64,000 bases of DNA from Octopus vulgaris (GCA_951406725.2 OX597817.1:49910001-49974000); one strand, 5' to 3'; numbered from the stretch's first letter, positions 27,990 to 43,384 are shown. Notes: generated from the letters alone by a model not told the origin. Made by a program: numbers and translations.

Positions 27990-29260
27990 ATTATTCCCTC
28001 CCGTCATCGCTTGCGCCCGTATATTCCACCATCCCCCACGCCTCATTCAAGACCAAGGCGGGATCCGAGCCGGCGTCGCCCGGCCACAAGCGATATTCCT
28101 CGTTGAGTTCCTGCAGCCTAAACTCCACAGGCACCGTTATGACCTCCACAGCTACCTGCGGAGGCCATTCGGGATCCTGTGTGAAGGCTAAAGGTACTCC
28201 CTTATGGTGCTTTTCCATCACCTCTTCTACCTCTCCGCCTCTCTAGAAGAAGACAAATAGTCCCTCTTCCTCTGGGTTCGAGGTAGTCAATATTACCATT
28301 GGCAGCACAATTCCCCTAACAGTGTCTCTTCCCCTGCCGGTGGTACAACACCTACCGGCAAGATTCCGGCACATTCCGGTGCTATGTCACCGACTGCCGG
28401 CAATGTCCCGTTTCTCTTCCTTTTCCTCTTTATTTTCCTCTCAACTGAGGGAGGGTGTGTCTCCTCCGTGATCGTGAGATTCACCTCCCATTCCTCATCC
28501 CCAGGATCCTTCGGTGAATACCCATCGTTGCTCACCTTCTTCCTCTTGCGGCCCTTCCCTGAGGAGTCCTCCGTCTCCTCAGTCGCCTTCGTTCCCTCTT
28601 TTACAGAGGTCTCAAGTGACTGCTCCAGGATTCCGCCTTGCTCCCGAGGACAGTTCTTTATATGGCCAGGCTCCAGGCACCGATGACACCTGGGTGAATT
28701 GGGGGTGACCCTCAAGAATCACAGGGTACTTACATCCGGCCATTTTCAAAAAAATCTGGCATAACCAGATTCATGGCTGATTGGGTCCACAGGGCAAAAT
28801 AGCTTTTGACCCAACCCAATCAACCGCAGGAAGAATTTTCACATTGAAGAGCCTGGCTCCGCTGCCACCCAGACCCCAACGGATAGTATCCTCTATCCAT
28901 TGGGGTTCAATTCTGGGTGGCAAACCTCAGACCCAGCCAATTTTTTCCCACAATAAGTGTGAAGAAACAAAATTTCTTTACCCTCAACGGGCTGGTTCGC
29001 AAAACTGCGAGCCTCCTCTGGGGTGTCAAACAGCAACCACACCGTTGCATGTTTGACTCCCCTAGAGATATACTTAATGGTTGGCTGATGTTCTGTCAAC
29101 TCCTGCTCAATCATCTGCTTGGAGAAGACGGCAATGGTGTCGAGAACCTTCTAATACTTTCTCAACACCACCGTCCTCTCCTCTTGCTTTCTGAGCCACT
29201 CCTTATGTGGGGCAATCTACCACTCTACAATATTATCCATATTTTTTGCCATGTCCAAAA
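27990..29260 (-). mobile_element. Decayed L1/Tx1-type ORF1 (gag-like) region
   Basis: KYISRGVKHATVWLLFDTPEEA (RRM-like) and zinc knuckle CHRCLEPGHIKNC followed by a basic/acidic low-complexity tail; broken frames. Confidence 0.6.
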
Positions 29261-30170
29261 CAATAGTTCACAAAAAAGGAAAGAGAGAATTCATAAGAAA
29301 ACAAAAAGAAAGAAAGAAATAAAAAAAAACAGACAGTTCAATGAAAAGTCACAATTGAAGAAGAAAACAATAGTTCAAAAATAAGAAAACACAGCAAAAA
29401 AAAATCTTCTGGGCATTCATGTCCTCAAAGCCCTTATCGTGCTCCAATTCGAACCTGGACTGCTCCACTTGAATACAGCTTTCCAACGTAGTTGTAAAAT
29501 ACACACTATTTAAAAACACCGAACGACTTTTGGTGGCAGGATAGTCACCAAACTATATTTCTCACAATGAGAAAAAAATTCCACTTCATGTGACCACTTG
29601 AAATACAGTTTTCCAATAATGGTAAATGTTGTTGTAAAAACATACACTGTTAAAAAGTTTGAAAGATACGCCCACCAGACAATAAGAAAAATTTTTCATT
29701 TACTATAGACCATGTTGCCGAACCGCAAGTAGACCAACATCCTGAATCCAGTGAGGATTCCCTGTTTGTAAATCATATAAGCACAGACAACGAACCTCAC
29801 TGGGTCCAAAAGAAAAGTTTTACCTTGCAACAGCTTCTTTTGGCAGGCTAAAAACTGGCGGCTAGCTTCTTCAGTGCACAACACATTAACACATGCGCAC
29901 GCAGACAACAAAGACTTATGGGAAGTATGCAGGCTACTTGGTTAGCAAGCTACTTATACCACACAGCCACTCCTACGCGTATATATATTGATAAAAACGG
30001 TAAGACAACAAAAGAATGAAAGAGACCTCGATATTATGTAAATAGAGGAATTTATCTGTAAATGTAATATGTGACAATTATTCGGTAGCCATTATCATGG
30101 CTATCGAATAATTGTCACATATTACATTTACAGTCTGTGTGCAGCCCTGTGTGGCTAATAAAGAAACATA

Positions 30171-30223
<53 letters not shown>

Positions 30224-30368
30224 GTCTATTCATCTATCTAGTTATCTATCTACCTACCTATTTATCTATCTACCTACCTATTTATCTATCTATTTATCTT
30301 TATATATATATATATATATAAAGATAAATAGATAGATAAATAGGTAGGTAGATAGATAACTAGATAGA

Positions 30369-30762
<394 letters not shown>

Positions 30763-30789
30763 TAGATAGATAGATAGATAGATAGAAGA

Positions 30790-30845
<56 letters not shown>

Positions 30846-30850
30846 GTAGG

Positions 30851-30921
<71 letters not shown>

Positions 30922-31704
30922 GCAAAGACACGTAGCATGTTATATATATATATTGTTGTTTATCAACACCTTTACGTTCCGAGTTGTTTTCAATCAATTT
31001 TGTCATTGCGTCTTATAGGGAAACAATCTTAATTATAACGAAACCGAAGGCATTATCTTGCTGCGACATCATTCAGCCACTGCACGACTACGTTGGTAAA
31101 AATCTGTTCTACATGTTGTACGTGTTCTACATGTGTATATACTGTCCTACAATATGCCTTTTCATATCAGAATTTAATACGAATGACTGGACGTGGAAGC
31201 ATTAGTCCCAACGAACAAAGATGTTCAGTGATTGTTCCACTGAGCAGTACAATTCAAATTTACATACCACTAGGTCGTTCTTTTTTTGATTACTTGGCTA
31301 TTGATATTTTCTGCACTTTTGCACATGCCGTAGCCTTATTTTTACTGGATACATAGTAGAACAATTGCTGTGCTAACGAAGCCTCCAGGGGCAAAAAGAC
31401 GTGAGCAAAATCATCTTATTTTTCTCTTGAAAATCTGATAGTCTTTTTTTTTTTGTTAAAGACATTTTTCAGAGTAATTCCCATTCTTACACGAAGTTAC
31501 TCCTAACTTGCCACCAGGCATTTACTTTTCCCTCTCTCGAACCGGAGATAATTTCAGTAAATCCAGAATTCATCTTACACACACACACACACACACACAA
31601 ATACAAACACAAACACACACACAAACGCCTATGTTTATATGTATACATTTGCATAAATATATATACATATATATACATATACATATACATACATATATAT
31701 ATAT

Positions 31705-31748
<44 letters not shown>

Positions 31749-31789
31749 GTATTATATATATAATACATATATGTATATATATATATATC

Positions 31790-32752
31790 ATCATCATTCA
31801 TCATTGTTCGACCGTGGTCGAGACAATGGAATTTACCATGTTGCGCCAGACTTCACGGTCCATCATAGCATTACGGAGGTCCTGTTGCTGGATGCCTGTA
31901 TCCCTGGAGATTACATCAGGGTAGGAGAGTGTGCGCCCTCTGGTGTTGCGAGTAGATGGCTTCCAGAGGAGAAGAGTAGAAATTACTTCTTTTTCAGCTC
32001 TACAACAATGTCCAGCAAACTGGACTCTCCTACCTTTCACAAGAGATGACACAGGTGGTAATTTCCCATATATTTGCATTTTAGTTGGATGGCGCCTCCA
32101 CGAGAGATTTTGAGCTCTCATAAGGAGGCGAGTGTAGGTTCCATCCAACCGCCTCTCAAGCTTCTTTGATAACGTCCAGGTTTCTGAGCCATATAGTAGA
32201 ATTGGTTCGACTGTGGCTTTGAATATTTCAAGTTTGAAGTCTCTACTTAGATTTGATGACCAGATCTTATGCATGTCATTACAGGCTGACCAGGCCATAC
32301 CCTTTCTAGTTAGAAAGTCTTTTCCAGATGATGATATGTATGACCCAAGATATTTATAATCAGAAACCATATTTAAAGGTGCACTGTTGAGAGTGTGGAT
32401 GATGCAATCACTGTTGGACAGGCACTTGTTTATGTATTCAGTTTTGGTCTCATTGAGGTAAAGATCTACACAATTTGAGGCTTGTTCAAGAGATTGTAAA
32501 AGAGACTGGGCATTGGAGAGAGAATCACTGATAAGAGCGATGTCGTCAGCAAAGTCAGTGTCTGTCAAGTACTCAGCTGGGTGTCTGGAACTTCTTCTTG
32601 GTTTTATTTCAAAGCCCTTGCCAGAGATGGTATCAACTGACATACGTAGCACATAATCAACAACAATGATGAAAAGAAATGGGGCGAGTGTGTCTCCCTG
32701 CAGTATTCCGGCCTCGATCGAGAAAGATGATGTTTCTCCATCAGGGGTTATG
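31790..32752 (-). mobile_element. RTE-group LINE, 5'-truncated, open RT C-terminal half
   Basis: [37 protein letters not shown]; (TGA)n tail; (TA)n on both sides. Confidence 0.92.
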
Positions 32753-32760
32753 TGTATATA

Positions 32761-32859
<99 letters not shown>

Positions 32860-33124
32860 TTATATATATGTACTACATAGAAATAAGGATAAACTCATGT
32901 TCCTGATAATATCAAGTGGCCACTATGAGAAAATACCTTGCGGATGAATTAAATACAAGATTAAGTATTATATATATAAATTATATAGTTATATTAAAGG
33001 GGTCAGGAAATAACCTGCTTCAGCATGCTATAAGAAACCGTTAAAAAGCGCTATAAGCTACAGTAATCTCCTACGAAAGCACGCGTTGTAAGCGAGCGAA
33101 TGAAAAGCAGAAAATAGACAGTAA

Positions 33125-33192
33125 ATTGTGTATTAGGTCCAATTTCGAGATTAAATCAGTAAAAATAGCTTATTTCTCCTCTTCAGCACAAT
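33125..33192 (-). ncRNA. Hammerhead ribozyme motif
   Basis: Reverse complement attgtg-CTGAAGA-g-GAGA-(24 nt)-TCTC-GAA-ATTGGACCTAAT-A-cacaat. Confidence 0.72.
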
Positions 33193-33407
33193 ATTCAAAG
33201 AAACATAATCACAAATAGATACACATACCCATACAAAGCAAAGTCACACGTCCATGTGCAAATATCCGCTGTTATGCATCATAATAAAGTCAAACTTTTG
33301 CTTTTTATTTTAGCCGCGTGTTTTCTTTTCTTTTCTTTTTTTTTTTTTTTACCGAAATAGCCTTTTCATTGAACTAGCTATTTTTACTGCTTTAATCTCG
33401 AAATTAG

Positions 33408-34320
33408 ACCCCAGTGTTAAATTGGTACTTATCTTCTCGACCCCTAAAAGATGAAAAGCAAAGTCGACCTCGGTGGCATTTGAACTCAGGACGAAAAGTT
33501 AGAAGATATGCCAGTTTTATGTACTGAATACCGCTTCTACTCTGGGCACAAGGCCTTGAAATTTTTTGCGGGGACGGGAGCTAATCGATTACATCGACCC
33601 TAGTGAGTAACTGGTACTTATTTCATCGACCTCAAAAGGATGAAATGCAAAGTCGACTTCGGTAGAATTTGAACTCAGAACGCAGCGGCAGACGAAATAT
33701 CTATTTCTTTACTACCCACAAGGGGCTAAACGCAGAGGGGACAAACAAGGACAGACAAACGGATTAAGTCGATTATATCAACCCCAGTGCGTAACTGGTA
33801 CTTAATTTATCGACCCCGAAAAGATGAAAGCTAAAGTCGACCTCGGCGGAATTTGAACTCAGAACGTAATGGCAGAGGAAATACCGATAAGCATTTCGCC
33901 CGGTGTGCTAACGTTTCTGCCAGCTCGCTGCCTTATAAGACAGGCGAAATACCTATTTCTTTACTACCCACAAGTGGCTAAATACAGAGAGGACAAACAA
34001 GGACAGACAAACGGAATAAGTCGATTATATCGATCCCAGTGCGTAACTGGTACTTAATTTATAGACCCCGAAAGGATGAAAGGCAAAGTCGACCCCGGCG
34101 GAATTTGAACTCAGAACGTAACGGCAGACGAAATACGGCTACGCATTTCGCCCGGCGTGCTAACGTTTCTGCCAGCTCGCCGCCTTAATGTGTACTGAAT
34201 AATATTCTTTTTCTACTATAAGTACAAGGTCTGAAATTTTGTGGGACGGGGGCTAGTCGATAACATCGACCCCAGAGTTTTACTGGTACTTAATTTATCG
34301 ACCCCGAAAGAATGAAACTA
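33408..34320 (-). mobile_element. Cluster of about five tandem/nested SINE family A copies
   Basis: Repeated ctggtactta.tt.atcgacccc.aaa.gatgaaa.gcaaagtcgacc blocks. Confidence 0.88.
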
Positions 34321-34764
34321 ATGATCCTGCCAGCTCTTTGCCTATGGTTGCGGAACTGTTTCCGGAGAGAAACGCAGTCTTTCGGGATGATAATGCTCCA
34401 ATTCACACAGCTAAAGCTTTTACTGAATGGCGCGAGGAACATTCTAGTGAGGTTGAACATCTTATCTGGACACCACAGTCCCCAGATCTCAATATTATTG
34501 AACATTCATGGTGTATTTTAGGAAAAACTAGTGATTTTGACCTTTAAATTTTTGGGAAAAAAGCGGATTATACTCGATATCCTCCGCCATCATCACTACA
34601 GAAACTGGAGAATAGACAAAAATTCTTTTGGAAACAATGCAAACTTTGTACAAGTCCATACCTCATAGAATTCAAGCTGTTATTACGGCCAAGGGCGGTC
34701 CTACCCCATATGAAAATAAATTTGTTTGAAATTTTTAGGCGTTTCCATTATTTTGTCCAGCCCC

Positions 34765-34766
<2 letters not shown>
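34320..34766 (+). mobile_element. Tc1-family transposase 3' remnant with right TIR
   Basis: FRDDNAPIHTA, WTPQSPDLNIIEH, RIQAVITAKGGPTPY; ends ..ttttgtccagcccctg|TA. Confidence 0.88.
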
Positions 34767-34836
<70 letters not shown>

Positions 34837-35158
34837 CAGTGTACATTTAAACACAAAAGAGGCATCCATCATAGGACTCCTTGCACGCTAGAGAAAACAG
34901 TTAAATTCCAAACCACTATTAGGGATAAAATTTCGAAGGGAATGAAAAATAAAAACATTTACCATCTAACTCCTGGACCAATGGTTTCAAACTTTTTTTA
35001 GCAAATAAAATAATTTGCTAGGCGAAGTCTCTGATGGATGCCTCTTGTGTGTTTAAATGTACACTGTATTTATATGAATAATATATAGTCTATTGACTAA
35101 ATTATTTACATGCTAGGCCACTGGTAATGGAAATTTAATATTTCTGATTACCCTTTGA

Positions 35159-35221
<63 letters not shown>

Positions 35222-36144
35222 CATTATTATTATTATTATCATTATTATTATCATTATTATTATTATATATATATGACGGGCTTCTTTCAGTTTCTGTCAA
35301 CCAAATCCACTCACCATGCCCGAGGCCATAGTACAAGACACATGCCCAAGGTTCCACGCAATGGGACTGAACCCGGAACCATATGGCCGGAAAGTAAACT
35401 TCGTCTTACCACACAACCACACCTGCGTTTATTTTTAATCGAAAGGATTTATAAAGAATCTTTACATCCGAGCTTCGGTTTTGAAAAATTGCATTTGTCT
35501 TCCCATAATTTTTCAAAGAACATTTAATTCGGAAATTGTCACTCGCTCATGGAAACAACCAGATCAGATCAACTGAAACAGTTCTTTTACCTATAAGATT
35601 TGGAAATAACGTTCTCTCAAGTACTTTGATACTCGGAATAACTGGAATCTGAGACGTCCAGCTAATATCCTTTATGGATATGTTGAAGATATGTTTAATG
35701 AAAGTTTAGTGTTGTTGTTGATAATCGATGTTTTGCTGATGTATAGCGGAACTGTTAAAACGCATTCTTTATAACAAGAAATTTTCGACACTATTTTTAT
35801 GTTACCTCAAACTCATAAATATTATTATAAATATATTATATTATTTTATTATTTATTATATTATTTTTTATATTTATTATATTTATTTATATTCATTTAT
35901 ATCTAATATATTTATTTATATTCATTTATATTTATTATATTTATTTATTATATTATTTATTATTTATTATATTATTTATTATTATGAATATATTATCCTT
36001 GATAAGGACCCTTTTCTTATATGTAATATAAATATATATATATATATCCTTAAAAATGTTTCAGCCCCACGGCTGCGGCCATGCTGGGGCACCACCGTTG
36101 AATGAGCTACACTAGTATGTGAAACCACCTCTGATACGTGGCAC

Positions 36145-36420
36145 TTGATCAACAAGGGAGTTCGTTGCCACTGCCCGCATCTGTGTTTCCTGCCGAGAGG
36201 TAGGTTCATCCGGGACCCCTGACAAGAAGAGATCCAGTTTAGTTTTAAAGAAACCCCACATCCACACCATACAGGTCTCTCAGGCATTTAGGAAGGATAT
36301 TGAAGAGCTGTGGTCCTCTAAAACCCAAGCTGTTGCAGTATCTGGTCCTGTATTTTGATGGTGATGTTGGGATCTCTGGCATCATGCAGTGGCGCCCCGT
36401 TGAGAACGAAAACTGCTTCG
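36145..36420 (-). mobile_element. CR1-group LINE 3' end fragment
   Basis: NSLGFRGPQLFNILPKCLRDLYGVDVGFFKTKLDLFLSGVPDEP. Confidence 0.75.
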
Positions 36421-37095
36421 ATTATATGGTTGCTATCTCTGTAAGAGTCCCACAGAGATCCACAAAAGCCCGAGCCATATGTTGAGGAGGAAGGGCTGAG
36501 CATAAGGGTGGATAAGAATAAGAAGCATGGTAAAATACTATTTAAAATTTAGGCCAAGTCGGAAGCCATTAGTTAGTTAGTTGTAGTGTAGTCACATTAT
36601 GTGTTACTGTGTTGCATTCTCTGATCAAGGATCATTGATACTTCTGCTGAAAAGGAAGTTGAATATCTTGTACAAAGTGTAATATTTAGAATACTTGCTT
36701 CTTGTTTCAGTCATTGGATTGCGGCCATGCTGGATTACCGTCATGAAGTATTTAGTCGAACAAATCAACCACAGTACTCTTTAAAGTTTAGTACTTGTTC
36801 TATCGGTCTCTTGAACCGAACATCTAAGTTAAGGGGACATAAATTACACCACCATGGTTATCAGGCGGCGGTTGCGGGTACACGCAAACTCTAACACACA
36901 CATACACATCGATAAATACGTACTTTATGTAGGAGTGGTCGTGTGGTAAGTAGTTTGCGGACCAACCACATGGTTCCGGGTTCAGTCCTACTGCGTGTCT
37001 TCTACTATAGTCTTGGGCCGACCAAATCCTTGTGAGTGGATTTGGTAGACGGAAACTTGAGGAAGTCAGTCGTATATATATATATATATATATAT

Positions 37096-37563
37096 CACGT
37101 GATCACGTGACCGACCAGACCGTCAGATGTTACACATCGCTGGTCACAATGCGTTCACATTGTTTTAGCCTTCGAATGACGCCACCCCGCTGGCTAAGCG
37201 AGCAGGCCAACAGACGAAAGAGTGAGAGAAAGAGTGGTGAAAGAGTACATATATGTGGAGGCGCAATGGCCTAGTGGTTAGGGCAGCGGACTCGCGGTCG
37301 GTCGAAGGATCGCAGTTTCGATTCCCAGACCGGGTGTTGTGAGTGTTTATTATTGAGCGAAAACACCTAAAAAGCTCCACGAAGCTCAGGCAGGGGGGTC
37401 GGGTGATCCCTGCTGTTCTCTTTCACCACTCTCTCTCTCACTCTTTCTTCTGTTGGCCTGCTCGCTTAGCCAGCGGGGTGGCGTCATTCGAAGGCTAAAA
37501 CAATGCGAACGCATTGTGACCAGCGATGTGTAGCAGCATCTGATGGTCTGGTCGGTCACGTGA
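37096..37563. mobile_element. SINE (C head, D tail) 37256-37563 (+) preceded by an inverted copy of its own tail 37096-37250
   Basis: cacgtgaccgaccagacc... at 37105 is the reverse complement of ...ggtctggtcggtcacgtg at 37562. Confidence 0.85.
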
Positions 37564-37704
37564 TATATATATATATATAGGTTTGTGTGTCCGTGTTTGT
37601 CCGCCCCACCACTTGACAACCGATGTTGGTGTATATTTACGCCCCCGTAACTTAGCGGCAAAAAGTGACCGATAGAATAAGTGTTAAGCTTACTCTCTCT
37701 TTCT

Positions 37705-37929
37705 CTCTTTTACTCTTTTACTTCTTTCAGTCATTTGACTGCGGCCATGCTGGAGCACCGCCTTTAGTCGAGCAAATCGACCCCGGGACTTATTCTTTGT
37801 AAGCCCAGTACTTATTCAATTGGTTTCTTTTGCCGAACCGCTAAGTGACAGGGACATAAACACACCAGCATCGGTTGTCAAGCAATGCTAGGGGGACAAA
37901 CACAGACACACAAACACACACACACATAC

Positions 37930-37978
<49 letters not shown>

Positions 37979-38145
37979 TACGACAGGCTTCTTTCAGTTT
38001 CCGTCTACCAAATCCACTCACAAGGTATTGGTCGGCCCGAGGCTATAGCAGAAGACACTTGCCCAAGATGCCACGCAGTGGGACTGAACCCGGAACCATG
38101 TGGTTGGTTAGCAAACTACTTACCACACAGCCACTCCTGCGCCTA
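37705..38145 (-). mobile_element. SINE family B, full-length, nested in another B copy
   Basis: Near-identical to 11335-11735 and 60290-60848; outer copy pieces at 37580-37690 and 38150-38225. Confidence 0.88.
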
Positions 38146-38489
38146 TAGATAGAAAGTCCTGGGATCGGTTTGTTCGACTAAAGGCGGTGCTCCAGCATAG
38201 CTGCAGAGTTGAATGACTGAAACATCTAATGGATATAAGGAAACATCCAATGGATACAAATTAATTTATCAATTAATTAACATACTTAGTTCTCAATTAA
38301 TTAATTAATTAATTAATTTGTAACCATTAGATATCTCTAGTCTCAGCTCGATAACAATATTTGATATTTTACAATATTTTGTATAGAATATTCTTTGAAG
38401 AAATATCTCTTCAAGGTATAATGTATTAAACCAGTATTTCTTGGATAAAAATAATCCTTATATGAGGTTAAAACATCCTCATTGTGACA

Positions 38490-38924
<435 letters not shown>

Positions 38925-39970
38925 TTGGCACCGCGAGTGTCGTGTTGCTCTCAAGCAACTCTGCCGTCCCGGGTCGACCCTGAGTGACTCCATCACAACC
39001 AAAGCATTCTATAGGGGATTAGTGGAGGGGAGGTACGACGACGAGCTCGGGGCGGACCTGGACGTCAACGAGGAATACTTGACCCGCCTGTTCGAGACGA
39101 CTTTCGGGCCAGGGCCCATGGACAACTTCCAGAGATCCCTGGCCTGGCAGTGCTACCGAGAAGCGCTACCAGTTCGGGATAAGCTCTACAGACACGGCTC
39201 GAGAAACACGGGGCCGACCTGCCCGAGATGCGGTCAGAGCGACGAAACCGTTCTGCACGCACTCGTGCAGTGTACAACAATTTCCGACCTGTGGGCTTAT
39301 GTCGAACAACTGCTGTCACGTGTGGGACGAGTCGGTTTATCAGCTGAGTCTATCGTCAATATTGTCACGCCTACTTCCTTCAAACGGGAAGGAAGAGCTA
39401 TTTTCATCATCCTTGTGGCTATGGCGAAAGAATGTATCTGGTGGACGCGTCTGAAAGGATTGGAGACAAACACTTTCCTCTCTGGTCAATCTCTCATCAA
39501 CTTCTTCACATACTACTTGAAAAGGAAAGTGAGAGTAGAGAGGCAAGTTTTGTCTAGCGAATGTTTTAAAAAAAGATGGGTGAATGTAGCAAGGATGGCA
39601 CGTATGAATGACGAAGCCACCTTGAGCATAATCCTATGAACCCAGAAATTGAAAACAGAGGGTTACCCACTTCCAAACAAATGTGGTAACATATAACAAT
39701 ATTGATCGAGGTTACCGTGGTCTTTTTCGTAGGCTTTTCTTCCCACGGATAAACCTTATCTGCTTCCCCCTTTACACCGTACATCATGACACTGTGATAC
39801 ACGATCCCTATTGATCATTTTTTTACCTCTTCCCCTTTTTTCCTCTTTTTTCTTCTTTTTTCTTTTCTTTTGTTTCTTTTCCTTTTTTTTTCATCCCCCA
39901 AAAGAAAAGCTCTACCTTGTAATTTGTCCCATCTGTGTGCAGCCCTGTGTGGCCAATACAGAAACTTATC
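38925..39970 (+). mobile_element. Tx1/L1-clade LINE, 5'-truncated (C-terminal zinc-finger region + 3' UTR)
   Basis: Open frame to 39639 with [16 protein letters not shown]...[18 protein letters not shown]...LW (zf-RVT-like CCHC); ends in (TATC)n. Confidence 0.88.
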
Positions 39971-40012
39971 TATCTATCTATATATTCTATAGTTATATAT
40001 ACATATATACAC

Positions 40013-40087
<75 letters not shown>

Positions 40088-40266
40088 TGTATGTATGTAT
40101 GTATATATGTATTTGTGTGTCTGTCTTTGTTCACCAACATCGCTTGACATCCGATGATCGTTTTGCTCGGCTAAAAGCAGTGCTCCAGCATGGCCGCATT
40201 CAAATGACTGAAACAAAAGAATAAAAGAATATATATATATATACACACATACATATATTTTCGTGC

Positions 40267-40297
<31 letters not shown>

Positions 40298-40727
40298 ACT
40301 GTGTATGCATACTCTCACACAGCCACACATATACATGCATACATACACACATATACATATACATATACATATACACACACATGCACACGCACTCACATGC
40401 ATATATACACACATCTAAAAGTCGTTTTAAATAAATGGGATAATATAGCGTACACATACATCTAGACTTGTATTATATCGTAAGAATAATTGCTATATAA
40501 ATACTTTGGAGCAATTAATATTTATAATTTATGCAAAAAAGCGAAAATATCTGAAGAGTTTGGTGTCAAGTGTATACATTTACTTCCGTTTAAATATGAA
40601 CGATTTTACTATCAAAATCCCTTGCTAATGTTCGTCACTAAAAGAGTTGAATACCTGGTCTTCTTTAGGAAGAACTACCTCTGAACTACATGTTAAACAA
40701 TTATGCAAAGAATAAATATAAATCTAT

Positions 40728-41465
40728 AAGGCGGCGAGCTGGCAGAATCGTTAGCACGCCGGGCGAAATGCTTTGGAGTATTTCGTCTGCCGTTACGTTC
40801 TGAGTTCAAATTCCGCCGAGGTCGACTTTGCCTTTCATCTTTTCGGGGTCGATAAACTAAGTACAGAGTTACGCACTGGGGGTCGATGTAATCGACTTAA
40901 TCCGTTTGTCTATCCTTGTTTGTCCCCTCTATGTTTAGCCCCTTGTGGGCAATAAAGAAATAAGAAACGTTAGCTCGCCGGGTAAAGTGCTTAGCAATAT
41001 TTCATGTTTAGCCCCTTGTGGGTAATAAAGAAATAAGCATTTCGTCTGCCGCTACGTTCTGAGTTCAAATTCCACTGTCTTTAGCAGTAATTCGTCTGTC
41101 TTTACTTTCTGAGTTCAAATTCCACCGAGGTCGACTTTGCCTTTCATTCTTTCGGCGGTCGATAAATTAAGTACCAGTTACACACTGGGGTCGATGTAAT
41201 CGACTTAATCCGTTTGTCTGTCCTTGTTTGTCCCCTCTATGTTTAGCCCCTTGTGGGCAATAAAGAAATAAGAAACGTTAGCTCGCCGTGTAAAGTGCTT
41301 CGCAATGTTTCGTATGTCTTTACGTTCTGAGTTCAAATTCCACCGAGGTCGACTTTGCCTTTAATCCCTTCGGGGTCCCCCTCCCCTAAAATTTGGGGCC
41401 TTGTACCTAGAGTAATAATGAATAAATGTAAGTTTGTAAGGTGGCGAGCTGGCAGAAACGTTAGC
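40728..41465 (+). mobile_element. Tandem/nested SINE family A cluster
   Basis: Full copy 40728-40960 followed by several partial units. Confidence 0.88.
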
Positions 41466-41473
41466 AGAAACGA

Positions 41474-42114
41474 TAGATGCATACACACCCATGCATCCTG
41501 ATACGGGGAAATTGCTATTTCAAATGAAACATTATAACTGTTAACTTTTACATAAATCTCCATGTAAATCCATGTATAAATGATCGGCAATCGGGTTCAA
41601 ATTAACATTTGTGTTCCGCATTTCGTTTGGTATTATATTCATGTGAATAGATTACAGAGTGTATAACGAAGGTCAGAATAGAAGTGGAAACTTTTATAGT
41701 CTCTTGTTAGAGAGAGAGAGAGAGAGAGAGTTAATTACGGTTTTTTCTGATGATCCAGCATGGAGGGTGATTTTACAACGATTACTGCATAACATACATG
41801 AAATGCAAGATGAAAATGAACGAAGATAGGGGCGGGGGGGGGGCAGATAAATGACAGGAAGGATTAAAAAACGATGATGGGGGACAAAGACAGACACACA
41901 TATACATATGAAATGCTACCGTTTATTTTCGATGTTTTTGCGTTTTTGAAGTATGTGTGTGTATATGTGTGTGTGTATTTGTTTTTTGTCAATTAAAGTT
42001 TATTGGTTGCAGAAAGGAAGGCAGAAGAACTAGAAATATCTATACAGAGAGAATGTGAAAACTGAAAGGCTTGTATATACTACCTGAGGAGGAGAGATGA
42101 TTGACAGGAGCAGG

Positions 42115-42207
<93 letters not shown>

Positions 42208-42730
42208 AAAATGAGAATGAACGAAAGTAAACAGCGAACAAAAAATAGTGGCGAAAATAGATAAATGACAGGAAGGATTAAAAAACGATGACGGGAGAAG
42301 TATGACTTCACTCACACACACACACACACATACAATGATACAAGCATACACACTCACATACATACCATACACACACAAATAGATGCATACACACCCATGC
42401 ATCCTGATACGGGGAAATTGCTATTTCAAATGAAACAGTGTAACTGTTAACTTTTACATAAAATCTCCATGTAAATCCATGTAAATCCATATAAATCCAC
42501 GTATAAATGATCGTCAAATCGGTTACAAATTAACATTTGTTTTCCGCATTTCGTTTGGTATTATATTCATGTGAATAGATTACAGAGTGTATAACCAAGG
42601 TCAGAATAGGAGTGGAAACTTATATTCCCTTGTTAGAGAGAGAGTTAATTACGGTTTTTTTTTTCTGATGATCCAGCGTGGAGGGTGATTATACAACGGT
42701 GTTTGTTACGATTACTGCATAACATACATG
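41474..42730. repeat. ~330-bp diverged direct repeat pair (41474-41800, 42381-42730)
   Basis: agatgcatacacacccatgcatcctgatacgggg...acgattactgcataacatacatg occurs twice. Confidence 0.9.
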
Positions 42731-43119
42731 TATACGCCAATGAAACACTTGTAAAAATTGTGTAACTTATGCTCGAACAGAATCGACAGCTGTATTCTGA
42801 ACTTATACGTATAAATGTGTGTGTGTGTGTGTGTGAGCTTTAGTGTGCCTGTATATTTGTTGGGAAATAGATTTCTATCGGTGATCTCGGAAATGAGCGG
42901 GAGAAAAACAAACAAATTTTCGTTTTGCGTGATAAATAAGCTGTCATTTTTCTAAATCACTGTGCTCAGCCTTAATAACCACAATAACCACATGTCCCTT
43001 CGTTTCTTGAGTAAGCTGAAGGTCTGCCGTTATTATTTTCTGAAACAAAGATTATACAATGTTAACAAAAAATGCAGCAATGACCAAAAGGTGTCCACAA
43101 ATACCTTACGCACCTGTGT

Positions 43120-43163
<44 letters not shown>

Positions 43164-43188
43164 GTATGAATATATATATGTATGTATG

Positions 43189-43236
<48 letters not shown>

Positions 43237-43283
43237 ATATATATATATATATACATATGTATATATATGTGTATATGTATATG

Positions 43284-43319
<36 letters not shown>

Positions 43320-43352
43320 TATATATGTATGTATATGTATATATATGGATAG

Positions 43353-43384
<32 letters not shown>

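Noticed and set aside
34972-35020. GAAACCATTGGTC half-hammerhead on minus strand; similar partial motifs near 7675, 10600, 31372 and 55510
   Set aside because: CUGANGA half missing or with several core mutations.
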